64,000 nt of DNA from Amphiscolops sp. MND2022. Taxonomy: Eukaryota. The notes under the pieces are model-generated. The model saw nothing but the letters and a program-made list of their open reading frames with translations. It did no database searches and was not told the DNA's origin. Of this stretch, positions 34,702-47,356 are shown one piece after another. Location: the NCBI GenBank assembly GCA_964187785.1, contig OZ076413.1, positions 46,936,001-47,000,000 of the forward strand, given 5' to 3'. Numbering within the stretch: position 1 is the stretch's first letter; the number at the start of each line of letters is the position of its first letter. Made by a program: the position numbers and the translations under genes.

Positions 34702-37700
34702 ATGATACAACAACAAGACCAATCTGACCCTATGAAATTTGAAGTACACATGTATCACCCAACAGCAATGGCAAATGCTGTCACACCTACAAGTTGGTTT
34801 TATACTTTATATGTACATACCCCATCAAGTATAGTACAAAGAGACAACCCATCTATCTTGGAAATTGCATTCCTTCTAGATAGCGGTGTTTCTATTTCTG
34901 TATTAAACTACTCAACATACATAACTCTTACAAAACTCTTATATATCAGATCAAATCACACTTCAGATGTTGGACCAACTCGAAATTCCAAAACATTAAC
35001 CGTTGCAAACCAAACTGAAGTTCCTATTTTACACTACGCAAATATATGTCTGAACACTACTATTGATGAGAACTCCCGTTACTTTTCAGTACCTTTTGCA
35101 GTAGCTGATATCAAATACAACATTTTTGGCACACCCTTCTATGAAGACAATATACAAAACATAAACATACAAGACTTTACACTCGAATTCAAATACCAAT
35201 CAAAAACAAACCCAAATTACGCAAAGTTCACAACACTTCTATCTAAAGATTACCCATATTTCTCGTACTTTTATAGAATTAATTCAAAGACTCAAATCCG
35301 CCTAAAACTCAAGTCTTCAAAAATTGCACACTTTCCAATAAAAAATTATCATAACCTCCATTTTACAACTACTCCACAAAACCACTTCTTCCCTTCAGTA
35401 CCTCATACCTATTTTGCTACAAAATTTCGTACAAATTTCAATTTTATTGAAGTATTCACTGATGACAAACCAGACATCTGTGCAACTATCATCCAAAACA
35501 CCTCAAAACATGTTGCAACACTACCTACAGGACATATTGGATACATTGAAGTTCCAATTACTAATGAAAAACCCAAATTCTTCCAAGTTAATGATATTAA
35601 CACTTTAATACATAACGTTACTCATACCTACCATCCTGAAATTACTGAACCAATTCCACCAACTAACTATTTCGTACAATACGATGATCCTACAACCCCT
35701 CCTCCTCAATTCTCTTTACATCAAATTTATATGACAAACGATGACATTCCAAATCAAACTTCTCCTTTATATAATGTTCAACCTACTTCTCATACTTCCG
35801 AAAAACGCATTTTTCCTTCTCTACCATACACGTCTGAAAATCCGAAATTTATTAATAAATTTAACTTCCAATTTTCTGACCTTACAGACACAGAATACAT
35901 TACTCTCTGCAATATGTTACTCAAGTATAAAACATGTTATGCAACCCATAAAAACGATGTTGGAAAAATTTCAACACCCTTTCGTATTCAACTCAAACCT
36001 AATGCTCAACTTATGACACAACGTCCTTCTAAAGTCCCTATTCACTATCGAGACAAACTTAATGTACTTCTCAAAGAACTCGAAAAATTTAACATTATCA
36101 AACAAATTGGTTCCTCTCCACAAGACAAACCCGTTTATGGCACAACTTATTTAAACCCTCTCATTATAATCCCCAAGGGAGATACTATAAAATGTGTATT
36201 AGACGCCCGACATCTTATTCCAATTCAGAACAATCTGATGAATCTTGGCCTATTGAACCTCTCGCTCCACAATTAGCACGCGCAAACAAAAAGTACAAAT
36301 CTGCTATTGATCTTATGTATGCCTATGCACATACACCTCTTGATGAAGACACTATTAAACTCACCAGTTTCTCCTCAGGAGATAAACTTTTCGCTTTCAT
36401 CCGAGGCTTTTATGGTCTCAAAGGACTCCCAAACTTCTTTACAAAACAAACGTCTACCTTCTTTAAAACTCTTATAGAACAAGGTTTTGCTCTTGTCTAC
36501 ATTGACGATATATTACTTTTATCTGACTCTAAAGAACACATGTTCCAACTCATAGAACAACTACACATCATTAGTACAAAAAACAATCTTAAACTAGCCC
36601 CTGAAAAATCCTTTTTTTTTGCTTCTTAAAGTTAAATTTCTTGGACATGAAATTGGTTACAATACAATTGAACCAATCCATTCGAAAATTGCAGCTATTC
36701 ATAAAATACCTTCTCCAACTGGAAAAGTCGCTCTAATGAGTTTCATCGGTGCACTCAATTTTTACACCGAATTTATTGGAAAACTACATATTAACCTCAA
36801 ACCATTTTACGATCTTTTACATGAGAACACTCCTTGGAAATGGACAGACGAACACGAAAGTCTCTTCCAAAAACTTAAAATGTCTCTCACTTCTGAAACA
36901 GAACTTACAATACCAAATACAAAACATACATTTTTCATTACAGTTGACGCTTCCCTTATTGGACTAGGCGCTGTCTTTTTCCAATTAAATGGACAAAACA
37001 AAATGAAAGTTATATCGTACAACTCTCGTATACTTAACCCACAAGAACAAAAACTCTCCACACTTGATAGAGAACTCCTTGGTATAGTACATGCTCTACA
37101 AATTTATGAATTTCTTATCATTGGTTCACCCCATCCAATACACATTTTTACTGATCACAAACCATTATTACATTGTTTTACAAAGAAAGGTAACCTCAAT
37201 CCTCGTTTTTATAGAGCTCAAATGCAGTTAACAAAATTTTTTAAACTCAAAATAATTCACACTCCTGGCAAAAATCTCTCTGTTGCCGATATGTTAAGCC
37301 GCTCTTTTACAAAAGCTGAATTACAACTTAACCAATTAAAACATAAACAACTTCCATCACAAATCGATTTTGCACTTCTACAAGATAACACTCTTAAACC
37401 TGTACATTACTTAATTAAACATGAAGAAATTCTACCTCATCAAAAACATGACTCTCACCCAATTCTCGCTGATTATGGTACAGACCAATTCTCTATTCGT
37501 ATCAACGATAAAGGAAATGACATTGTTGTCAAACCGTTACAATCTTTTTCATTCAATTCTATAACTCTTTTTCAAACCAAATTCAAAACACCTATAAAAA
37601 AGAAAAATAAAACACTTCATCAACAATCTCTCTTACTAAATGATACTGATGTTACAAGCGATGACGAAGACCATATATATACCAGGATTCCAAAATCTGA

Positions 37701-39809
37701 CTCTTCTTTCCTACATGACACAACTTTACAAACTGGAAACTATTCTACTCTTAAACAATTAACCCCAAATACTACACAAAAATCTGTTTCTGCAATAAAT
37801 GTACAACCAAATCTACCATCTCTTACACATTCTCCACAAATTATACCTTTCTATGATACATCATTTTTTAAGTACAAAAACTATCTTCAAGGTTTTTCCT
37901 CCCAGATGACTACTCCTTAGACATAACAACACTTCAACAACAACAATCCCAAGACACGGTTCTTAAAACTGTTTATTCTTGGATCATAAACAATGAAAAA
38001 CCTGAGACTCTAACACCACTTATCACTGGCACTCCATTTCTACATGCTTATTACAAACGATTTACACAACTTTCTATAGACGATTCCACAAATCTTATTA
38101 GCCTTTATACTACACACCCTACTACTCTAAACCAATCTTCTGCTCCAGATTTTGTACGCGCTACTATTCGAATATGTCTTCCATTCCGACTCTTCAAAAC
38201 TGTTTTTAACAAACATCATGAACACTCCCATACAGGCATCAAAATTACATATAACACATTCACACAGTACTACTACATTCCATTTGTTGAAAAATGGCTT
38301 TCCATTTTTATACATGACTGTATTGAATGTCAACGCAATAAACACTTCAACATGAAAATTCAAACTGCTCCTACACAATCCTTTTCAGAACATGCTCCAT
38401 CCTTCAATTACCGTGTTTCAATGGACACTAAAGGACCTATTAATCCTCCTTTTCACAACAAATCATATATACATGTAATATTTGACGCTTTTAGTCACTT
38501 TGTTGTTACAGTACCCATCAAATCAAATAACGCAAAGGCTGCTATCAAAAGTCTTCTACACCATTGGATTATTAAATTTGGACCACCCATATATCTTGTC
38601 ACTGATCGTGGATCAGAATATGTTAACAAAGAAACGGCACACCTTTGTACACTTATGGGAATTCGTCACTCTCCAAGAACAGCTTACTCTCCTTGGACAA
38701 ATGGCCTTGTCGAAGTACAAAACAGAAACCTTGGTACACATCTTTGAATGTTTTTACATGACACACCTAAAGATTGGGCATTCCAAGTCCATATGTACGC
38801 TTATGCACATAATTCACAACCACTTTCGGAACTTAGTATTTCTCCTCATGAAATTGTTTTTAACACCAGACCCAGAATCCCCCTTACGTTCGATTTAAAT
38901 CTTAACAGAGACACCCCTAAAACATGTATTTCACACTATTGCTCTCAACTTCCAGAACACTCCCACTATGATAAATCAGATCTTAACCCATTTTTTTATA
39001 AAACACTTTCAAAACCCATTCCACAATGGTTTCTCGCCGTAGAAACTGCTATGTTACAAATTTATTCCACAGTATACGAAAACACTTTACGAAAAATCAA
39101 TTCACACGCATACATTACGAAAACGTACCACGAAGGTCAACCCCTTCCTATTGGCACCTTTGTTTTAAAACGCAATTTCACACACGTACACTTTTCTGAC
39201 AAACTAAAACCCCTTCGGATTGGACCATACAAAATTCTTGACAGACTATCAGATGCTACATATGAACTACTTGCACAAGATGGCTCTACAATACATGTTC
39301 ATAGAAACCATTTAAGTCCATATTATCCATTAGAACCACTTTTATATCCACATTTGCGTAGTTTCATGCGCTTTTCAGACACAACTCAATTCCAAGTTCC
39401 ACAACCTACCAAATATGCAAACAGTGATTCCTCCCCTTTTAACTCAGACGAATCCTTATGAGACGCCTTATCAGACAAAAATTCTCAAATATTCATGACA
39501 CCATCCACAACGGATAATTCCTCTCAAACATTTGTGACACCATCATCATTTAGAACGTCCAATCAAAGTACACCATCTACAACATCCAATGACAAGTCTT
39601 TAACTTCCTCAACCAATGACAACTCCTTATATAAATACATAATTAACACCCCTCATACTAATATCTCTAGTGACAGATCAAGACACCATTCTAATAACCA
39701 AACAACTTCACTTCCTCCTCTAATTGACAGAACTACTAAAACTACTTATAAACTACGACAACAACCCAATCTAGATTATAGACTTTTTATTACACCTTCA
39801 AAACTGTAA
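34702..39809 (+). pseudogene. Element B pol, copy 1 (PR, dUTPase-like remnant, RT, RNase H, integrase) with several frameshifts and stops
   Basis: FLLDSGVS, CVLDAR, FYGLKGLP, YIDD, VDASLIGLGA, FTDHKPL, VADMLSR, HEHSHTG..CIECQ, SMDTKGP, TDRGSEY, NGLVE, IGPYKI. Confidence 0.93.
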
Positions 39810-39889
39810 CTTCATCATTCTACCCGCTGGCTCACTCGAAACTAGACACTACAGCTGAATGAAAGATAATCAATAACAAGTTATCTCAA

Positions 39890-41133
39890 AGATAACCTGT
39901 TGAAAACATTTCAACAATCCTGGATTCTTCCTCTGATATAACTCCATCAGCTCCAAGCATTCCTTCTCCTGAATCTTCAGTACCAACCACTACAAACTCG
40001 AGTAATGTAACTCCTACTACTCCTTCTAAAAGACCAAGATCATACGTTTCTGAAACAACATCTTCATCACTCCTTCATAGACCACCTATAACTGAAATAC
40101 CTATAAACACTCGTACTCAACAAACTCCTATTAACACTCCTATAGTACACATACCAAACCTGAAAGTGTTGAACAATACGTAAATTACAAACATCCTACA
40201 GCTATCAAAACTGTTAGACTACAACCTCACCTCAATCTTGTACAAATCCCTGATACCGAATTTACAAAATTACCTTCACTGAAATTACCATCAGAACTTA
40301 GTACTACTCCTTCAAAACTTTATCCACCATTAAAACCTCTTCGAAAACCTTCTACATCACTCTCAAATCTCTTAGACAATACATCAGAATACACTCCATC
40401 ACAAGATACAACAGGCTCACTTTTTGTACCACATCATAGATATATTCTTCGAAACCTTCCTTCACGAAGACTTAGTACAGACACTTCTACACTTAACCTA
40501 TCTGCTCTTTCTAGTAATTCTACTTTAAGACTTTTACGACAACACGCACAACCGTTGTCTTCTGAAACACATTCTTCTGACTTCATACCTTCTCCATATT
40601 TTACATCTGGTTTTGACACCGCTTCTCTACTTTCCTCAGACGCTCAGACTGCATTCCTTTCTGGAAATCTTTTCTCAGAAGTTATAATACCTACTCTTGT
40701 CCCCGCACATATTAGAATACCTGAATATTATACTGCAGATCAATCTAGATCTCCAACTCCAAATTTTGCTGACTACCCACTTAGAGTCGATGGTATAACC
40801 ATCTACGACCCACAGCACGATCCTAGATTTCCTATCCTTGCAGAACGGTTTATTACAAATAACGATCTCTTATCTCACAAAAGAAAAGAAACAGAACTAA
40901 AACGCCTTCAGACACCAAATCTAGAACTCACATTTAAAGTAAAGGTCAAATTTCAATGTTTAAATCCACATCCGATATTTCACGTCTCAAAGATAGAACA
41001 TAAAACTTCTCCTGCTCCTTTTGAAGTGATACACATTGATTCTGAACGAGACCCCAATATACCTACTATCACATTAGGCAAAATCATATTCTGTAACCCC
41101 TACTCAGGTCTTAAATATACTACCTCTTTTTGA
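39890..41133 (+). pseudogene. Element B accessory ORF X between pol and env (S/T/P-rich N-part, globular C-part 40555-41133), copy 1; start approximate
   Basis: Extended plus-strand open frames with frameshifts; no recognisable family. Confidence 0.5.
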
Positions 41134-43782
41134 ACTCCTTACAACTTCATATATAACAATTCTCATACTCTATTCACACCTATTTAACTTTACCTTTTCA
41201 ATACCCATAACACCTTCTGACACAGAAAACTATCTTCCATCGGATGATCCGAATATTACAAATCTCATGGTTTCTCATTATGACTGTGCAAAACAACACA
41301 ATCTGAGACTATTTAATTTACTTAATGTAAAACAATGCACTGAAGCTCCTTCAGACATTAAACGTGCAAGTGTTAAAGCCCGTGTTTATGTCCGCGCAAA
41401 AGCTAAACGCATCAAAGCTTTTAAATGTGTTGCTTATGCAAAGAAAGAAAGAAAAGTATGCTTTCAAGGCTCCGTAAAATACCGTCGTGTTGATAGAACA
41501 GTATTGAATCATAATACATTACCGCTTCCTGTTACTTTTGATCCATTAGAATGTAAAAACATTATAAGACACTTAAATGGTACAAATGATAAAATATTGA
41601 ACAACCTCCACTACAATAAAACTTTCACACTCTTAGAAGACCATTATTTTCAAGAACGATTAGAACAATATCAAACTCCTTTCACTGTATACCAATTGAA
41701 CAAAATGTACACAGGTACATTTACATTTATGCCCGCCGATAAGAACTGGATATATGACCCTACTAAAAACCCTTATCATAACTGTCCTGCTCATCACCAA
41801 TTCGAAGTCAACCTAGTTAGCTGGCGATTAGAAATTTCCGAAGTAGAACTTACTTAAGATGACACATCTAATGACATGATAATAGATGGACATACATTAC
41901 CCTACTATTTTGCAGATGGTTTTGTGAACCCACAACGAAAACCCCTTTTACTCTTGTTCGGTTCAATGATGACTATTGCCTAATCTTCACACTACAAGAT
42001 TCCATTGGTCGTATGACTAAAATTGAAGATAGATACTGGATTGAAACAGACTCTTTTGTACATTCTCCACACTCAATAAAACCTAAAACAACTTCTGGTA
42101 TCAAAGGTACAGAACATCCCTATGTTTATGCTCCTCATACACAACATCCAAATAACCCAAGTCTTTCAAGATTTGAAGTTTTTCCTACAGCACAAACCTT
42201 TTGTGGTAAACCAGACCCTCTTTATTCTACACAATACTCAGACCTTTTTGTTACATACAATGATGGTTTCAATATGCATACAGGACAACCCAATCCTCAT
42301 TCTATGATTGATGAGTATATTTCTGGTAAAATAGTATTGGACACTTCAAATAACAAATTTGTATTTCCTGCATTAAATGTATCAAACAATTTTGCTACCA
42401 TTGATTATGATGCACATATAAACACCAAAATAGATTATACTATTAATCATGTTTTCCGATCAATGACAGTACAAGAACTAAATACTCTTCATACAATATG
42501 TGAACTAGTACGAAGTCAACTCCTTACAATACTCGCAATGTCAGTACAAAACCCTCAACTTGCTGGTTTCCTTTTAACCGGTAATAGAAGTAACTTCTTA
42601 TACGTTGAAGGCTCAACCGCCTGGCTTTATGACTGTCCTCATTTTTTATCTCCTTTATACAAAGCAGATAGATGCTTTGACCGTATACCCATACATTTTA
42701 AAGATACCCTAATGTACGTTGATCCTATTACAAGACAAACTTATGATTATGCTACACCAATTACATGTGATAATAATCCACGTAACATTATTGAACTAGA
42801 TCCTGATTCAGACGACCAAGACTTTTACATTCTTGGACCTGAACCTATTAAACGCAAACCTCCACTAATGTTTACACCTTCACAAATCGAAACTACAATA
42901 CGTCCTAATACTTTTACAGCTCAAGATGCTGGTATATATTCTAATGCAGAACTTGTCCAATTTTGGAATCGTATTTTATTTTCCAAACATTCTGATTCTA
43001 CACTTCAATTATTAGGCAAAGCTCTTAGCTACTCTTTCATTTCATCTCATACTCCTAATTATAATGCAGACTCCCCTCAAGACTCTGGTAATCCATATAA
43101 TACATTACGTATAGGACTACATGATAAACTCTTGAAATTAACTCCACTTTTTACGCCTACATGGTTTTCAGATGCTTTCATTGCACTTTTTGACTACCCT
43201 TGTTATATTCTCACACAATGTGGTATATATTTTTTTACATTCCTTTTTGTACAAGCTACTCTTACACTCATTGTCAAACTCTACAAAACAATATCTATTA
43301 AATATAATCTAAAAAATAATATTACCATTTTTAGCTCCATAGCACATGGTTTTTTTAATGTTCTTACAGCACGAATGGTTAATGACCTCAATGAGACTCA
43401 AAACAAAAAACCCAAAACTACACTTTTAAAATCGAAATCTTTAGATAATTTTGTTGACACTTCAACAAATTTAATTATTCATTCTACCGATGTTACTTCC
43501 CCTCCACCTTTCTATACTAAACGTCCTAACAAAATTCAATTTCCTAAATTTAACTTGTTTCCGAAACGACACCACAATTCTCACCAAAAAACAGCGCCAC
43601 TTCCTTTCTCTCCTGTTCAACATCCTCCACTTCCTAATTATACTCATAAAAACATTCACTCGAATGACAATCTAACTACTCAACATGACACTTTAATTAA
43701 CAATCCTGTCACCTCCAATACGGATACACCAATTAAAATATATTCACGGATAAACTATCCTTTTCCTCCTCCATCTTCTTGA
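41108..43782 (+). pseudogene. Env-like class III fusion glycoprotein (chuvirus G / herpes gB type), copy 1; one stop (41855) and one frameshift (about 41925)
   Basis: Hydrophobic leader ITILILYSHLFNFTFS, HYDC..LLNVKQC, FKC, LEC, NPQLAGFLL..VEGSTAWLYDC..DRCFDRIPI..YVDPITR..C, GIYS and a C-terminal TM region. Several NxS/T sequons. Confidence 0.82.
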
Positions 43783-43993
43783 ACACTCTCTCAGTTTTTT
43801 GCAAACTCTCTTCCAGCACACTTGCCTACCACTTCTCTTCACAATTGTTACTCCTCCACCACTTGAAACCCTTGCAGAAGTTCATCTTCCTCAATCCAAC
43901 AACACCTCTCTCATAATAACAATCTTCAAATACTCTTCACTTAAAGTTGATAAATCCGCTCGTTAGTGTCATTTACAGTACTTTCACTTTAAA

Positions 43994-45381
43994 GTGATAA
44001 GGCCTCTTGGAATAGACAACACTGTGACTGTTGATGTTTTTCCTTTAAACACAATGACACAAGCACAAATTGATCTACAAACACAGCTTGAACAAGCAAC
44101 CCCAACAGATCTTATAACAAGACCTCTTTCAAATGATTCTCCTGTTCTCTATATCGAGACTTCTGAACAAACACCTCCATTTTTTCTTGAACAAATGGAA
44201 CATACAAAAGTTGAACACGAAAATTCAAAACCTACTCCTTCACAAGATGATAATGATCATACACAAACAACACCACCTCCTCCGAAAAAGCGATATGAAA
44301 TTATGAACGATCCAATCTTTCTTTCGTCACCAATATATCCTCCTTCAATACCTCAAAAACTTCAATTTGCACGAATCGCGATGATCATTTGATCCCACTT
44401 CTTTTTACTGGCAATTTCGTCTTTAAAGCACAACTAACTTCTCTATATATGCATCGTACTGATTACTCATTCCGCCTATATGACAAAAATCAAGACTTCT
44501 TCACATCTATTGCCTCCAAAATTATGGGTCCATACCAATATTGGCTCGATAATGGAGTTAAAATTTTCTCTCTACATTTCAACTTTCTCCGTCCTTCTAT
44601 CTACGATCTCAAAACAGATGAATCTGATCCATCGTTCCTTTCTATTTCACAGAAAGCTACTCATCATCAAACATATACTAAATTTCTACAATACACCAAA
44701 CCACAAAATCACATTTTCGTCAATTACAAATATACATCACCGTTCACCATGACAAATATGTACACTCTCGACCACTCTTGTATAACAGGCTACCTTCGAA
44801 ATTATGACCCTATAAAACAATACTTCTGTTTGCTTCCATACAATAATACTTCACGTCCACTTATTGTACCTCAAGAATACCTCATACATTATGATGACTT
44901 TTTGTTGCCTTGCAACATTCCTACTCAAATTGTCAAACCTCTCAATGTCAATAAACACCTAGTATCTTCTCCACTTGATGATAAAGACAGAACTTACTAT
45001 ACAGCACTCTACAAGCAAACGTATTCCTACAATGAACTTCTCTTCATTTCTGCAAAGACTATCTCCTTTATGGTACAAGCTGAACAAAAAACTGAACATA
45101 AATCACACTCTTCACCTGTAAAAAAAACTCATGACAAACTTTCCTCAGTACTGAATAACCGAACACTTCGCGACATGACAAGTTTACTTGAACCCTATAA
45201 ACGAAACTCCTCTGAAACACCTATCACATCACTCACACATATACTACACTGCTATGACAGAACACACAAACTCCCTCAGACACTCGATTTAGATTCTCAA
45301 CGCATCACTCAATCATCCCAAGCAATTCAATCTGCTTTGGAAACTATAACTACTCTTTTTAACTCAACTAATCTTCATTAA
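43994..45381 (+). pseudogene. Element B accessory ORF Y downstream of env (43994-44392 plus 44389-45381), copy 1, function unknown
   Basis: About 460 codons in two abutting frames inside the LTR-bounded element. Confidence 0.55.
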
Positions 45382-45800
45382 ACTCTCCTACAGGTAATAC
45401 AAATTTCTTAATTTTCTTTTCTGGAACAATCTATGATACATCTTTGACACAATATCAAAAGTATTTCAATTTTTACCTACTAAATCAAAGTAATATCTTG
45501 CTTTCTGAATGAAATCTCAGGACTATCTTTCAAATACATATTTTTTTTCCTATAGTACATGTCAAAAAAATAACTACTTCTATCTAAAAAACTACGATAC
45601 AAGACATACAAGACAGTATAGCACAAAACTAAATATGATACATTCTAGCACCCAATTGTGTTGTACTCCTTTGACGTGTCATTGTCATTCTTTTTACACT
45701 TCCTTTGTTTAAGAAACATCTATTCTTCTTCCTCCTCCTTCCCCATTCTTTCAGAACATTTCTACTTCTCTCTCTTCACGATCTTCAGAACGTCGTCACC

Positions 45801-46249
45801 ATGGCTCCCAATGCTGAAACAGAAGACATTATTGCCATGACCTCAGATTTCTCAAAAGTGCACAGCCTCAAAGCCGCCATGTTCCACACCATGGCATTTA
45901 AACTCTCGCTCGAAATAAATAACAAAATAACTCCGAAATGTCTCATTGCTTTCTTAAAAATCCTTTACAAGGTCACCCAAATAAAGAAGAAAAAATTACA
46001 TTTGAGCAATACTCGCGTATTCACCTCGAAGGACCCAAAATTGCAACTTGCGAAACGGCGTCCAATGTCGTTTTCGTCTTAAATTCCTCCTTTACTTCAA
46101 AGGATCAATACTTCCGTACCGCTCTTCAAGAAGCCACTGACGCTTTTAATAACATGCTTAAAGACTTCGGGTATACTCAAAAACTAGAACTATATGACCC
46201 GCTTCAACACCAAGCTCATCCTCCGTCGCAACATCCTCTGTTTCATTAA
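45801..46249 (+). pseudogene. Element B accessory ORF Z (about 150 aa, MAPNAETEDII..., frameshift near 45990), copy 1
   Basis: Strong Kozak context CACCATGG; overlapping frames 45705-46082 and 45938-46249 join at an A-run. Confidence 0.5.
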
Positions 46250-47356
46250 TCTACAAAACAAAACTTCTACTCACTTTTATTTCACTCTTCAACTACATTT
46301 CGCCTTCAATCCTTCATCTTCCTTCGATGATGCACTGAAATGTGGTTGCTGATCACTCCTCTGAAGAACTTCTCCTACACATGCTGACATTCTTCACTTC
46401 ACGCACACACGATTGTCAACATCATCCATCCACACTCTGGGTTCGCAGACGTTGCCAACATTCTTCTTGTCCTCGTCACTGGTCTTCTCAACCTGCCTCT
46501 TCACTGGTCTTCACACTTCAATGTCCGTCGACTTCTTGACTGGTCTTCACACTCCAATGGACTACACTCCAGATTTCAAACAATATAATCCAAATTGAGT
46601 CATTTTTCAAACTGAACTATACAGTCAATTTTAACAAATATAACTTGTAGCTTATTGTAACCCATTTTAATCACTTTATAACTCCAATACAGTGTAGTGC
46701 TATATAATCCTATAATCTTAATCTTCTATAATCGTATTATAATTACCCCATCTATTGCTAAATCCTTACAAAATTGTATCTATAATTATCTTTGTAACCA
46801 CAAAATATATCTTCCCAAATTATATCAAAAATTTTGACAAAGTTTTTTCTTTTACAAAACATGTTCTACACCTTTGTTTTACTTCCCAAAAGCAATCCCC
46901 AAAAATTTTCAAAATTTTTCTTTTGAACTTTCCAAAACTGTAACTTCTCGTTTTTTAATGTTTGAAATCTGCAATTGCCAAAGTTATTTTCTTTCTTGAA
47001 CTTTTTGTTTCTGCTCTCCTCTTCACTTTAGTTGAAATTGAACTTTCACTAGAACCTTGACTTTTCGAAACTTCTTCACTTTTGGTTCACATACCCGCCA
47101 ATGTTGGTTCACAACTCATTGACAACTTCACGCTTTAATTCTTCAACTTGAAAAGTTTTCAATGCTGACTAACTCATGTTGATGAAGAATTTTTTTTCAA
47201 ACAAGCCGATGGCTGATACGAAAAGAAACAGGAAATACTAAATAGTTGTCAACAATAACTTGACCGAAAACTGTCAGTCAAAGAAACTGAAAGAACTTGA
47301 ACCTTTTTGCACCAATTGAATCGTCTATGACGTAAGAAGTCAAATTTGAAGTACAC

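Larger units (their letters stand above)
34735..47341 (+). repeat. Internal tandem duplication, copy 1 (12,607 bp)
   Basis: The ORF set from 34750 to 46943 recurs at an offset of +12607/+12606. Junction GAAGTC-AAAT-TTGAAG with 4-bp AAAT microhomology. Confidence 0.96.

Noticed and set aside
34145..34705. C-terminal 190 aa of the 423-aa ORF (I/L/T/D/H-rich)
   Set aside because: Off-frame translation; the true frame carries the CCHC and RS domains.
36605..36625. T-run at the RT frameshift as a programmed slippage site
   Set aside because: It lies mid-RT in a homopolymer; more likely a mutation or sequencing indel.
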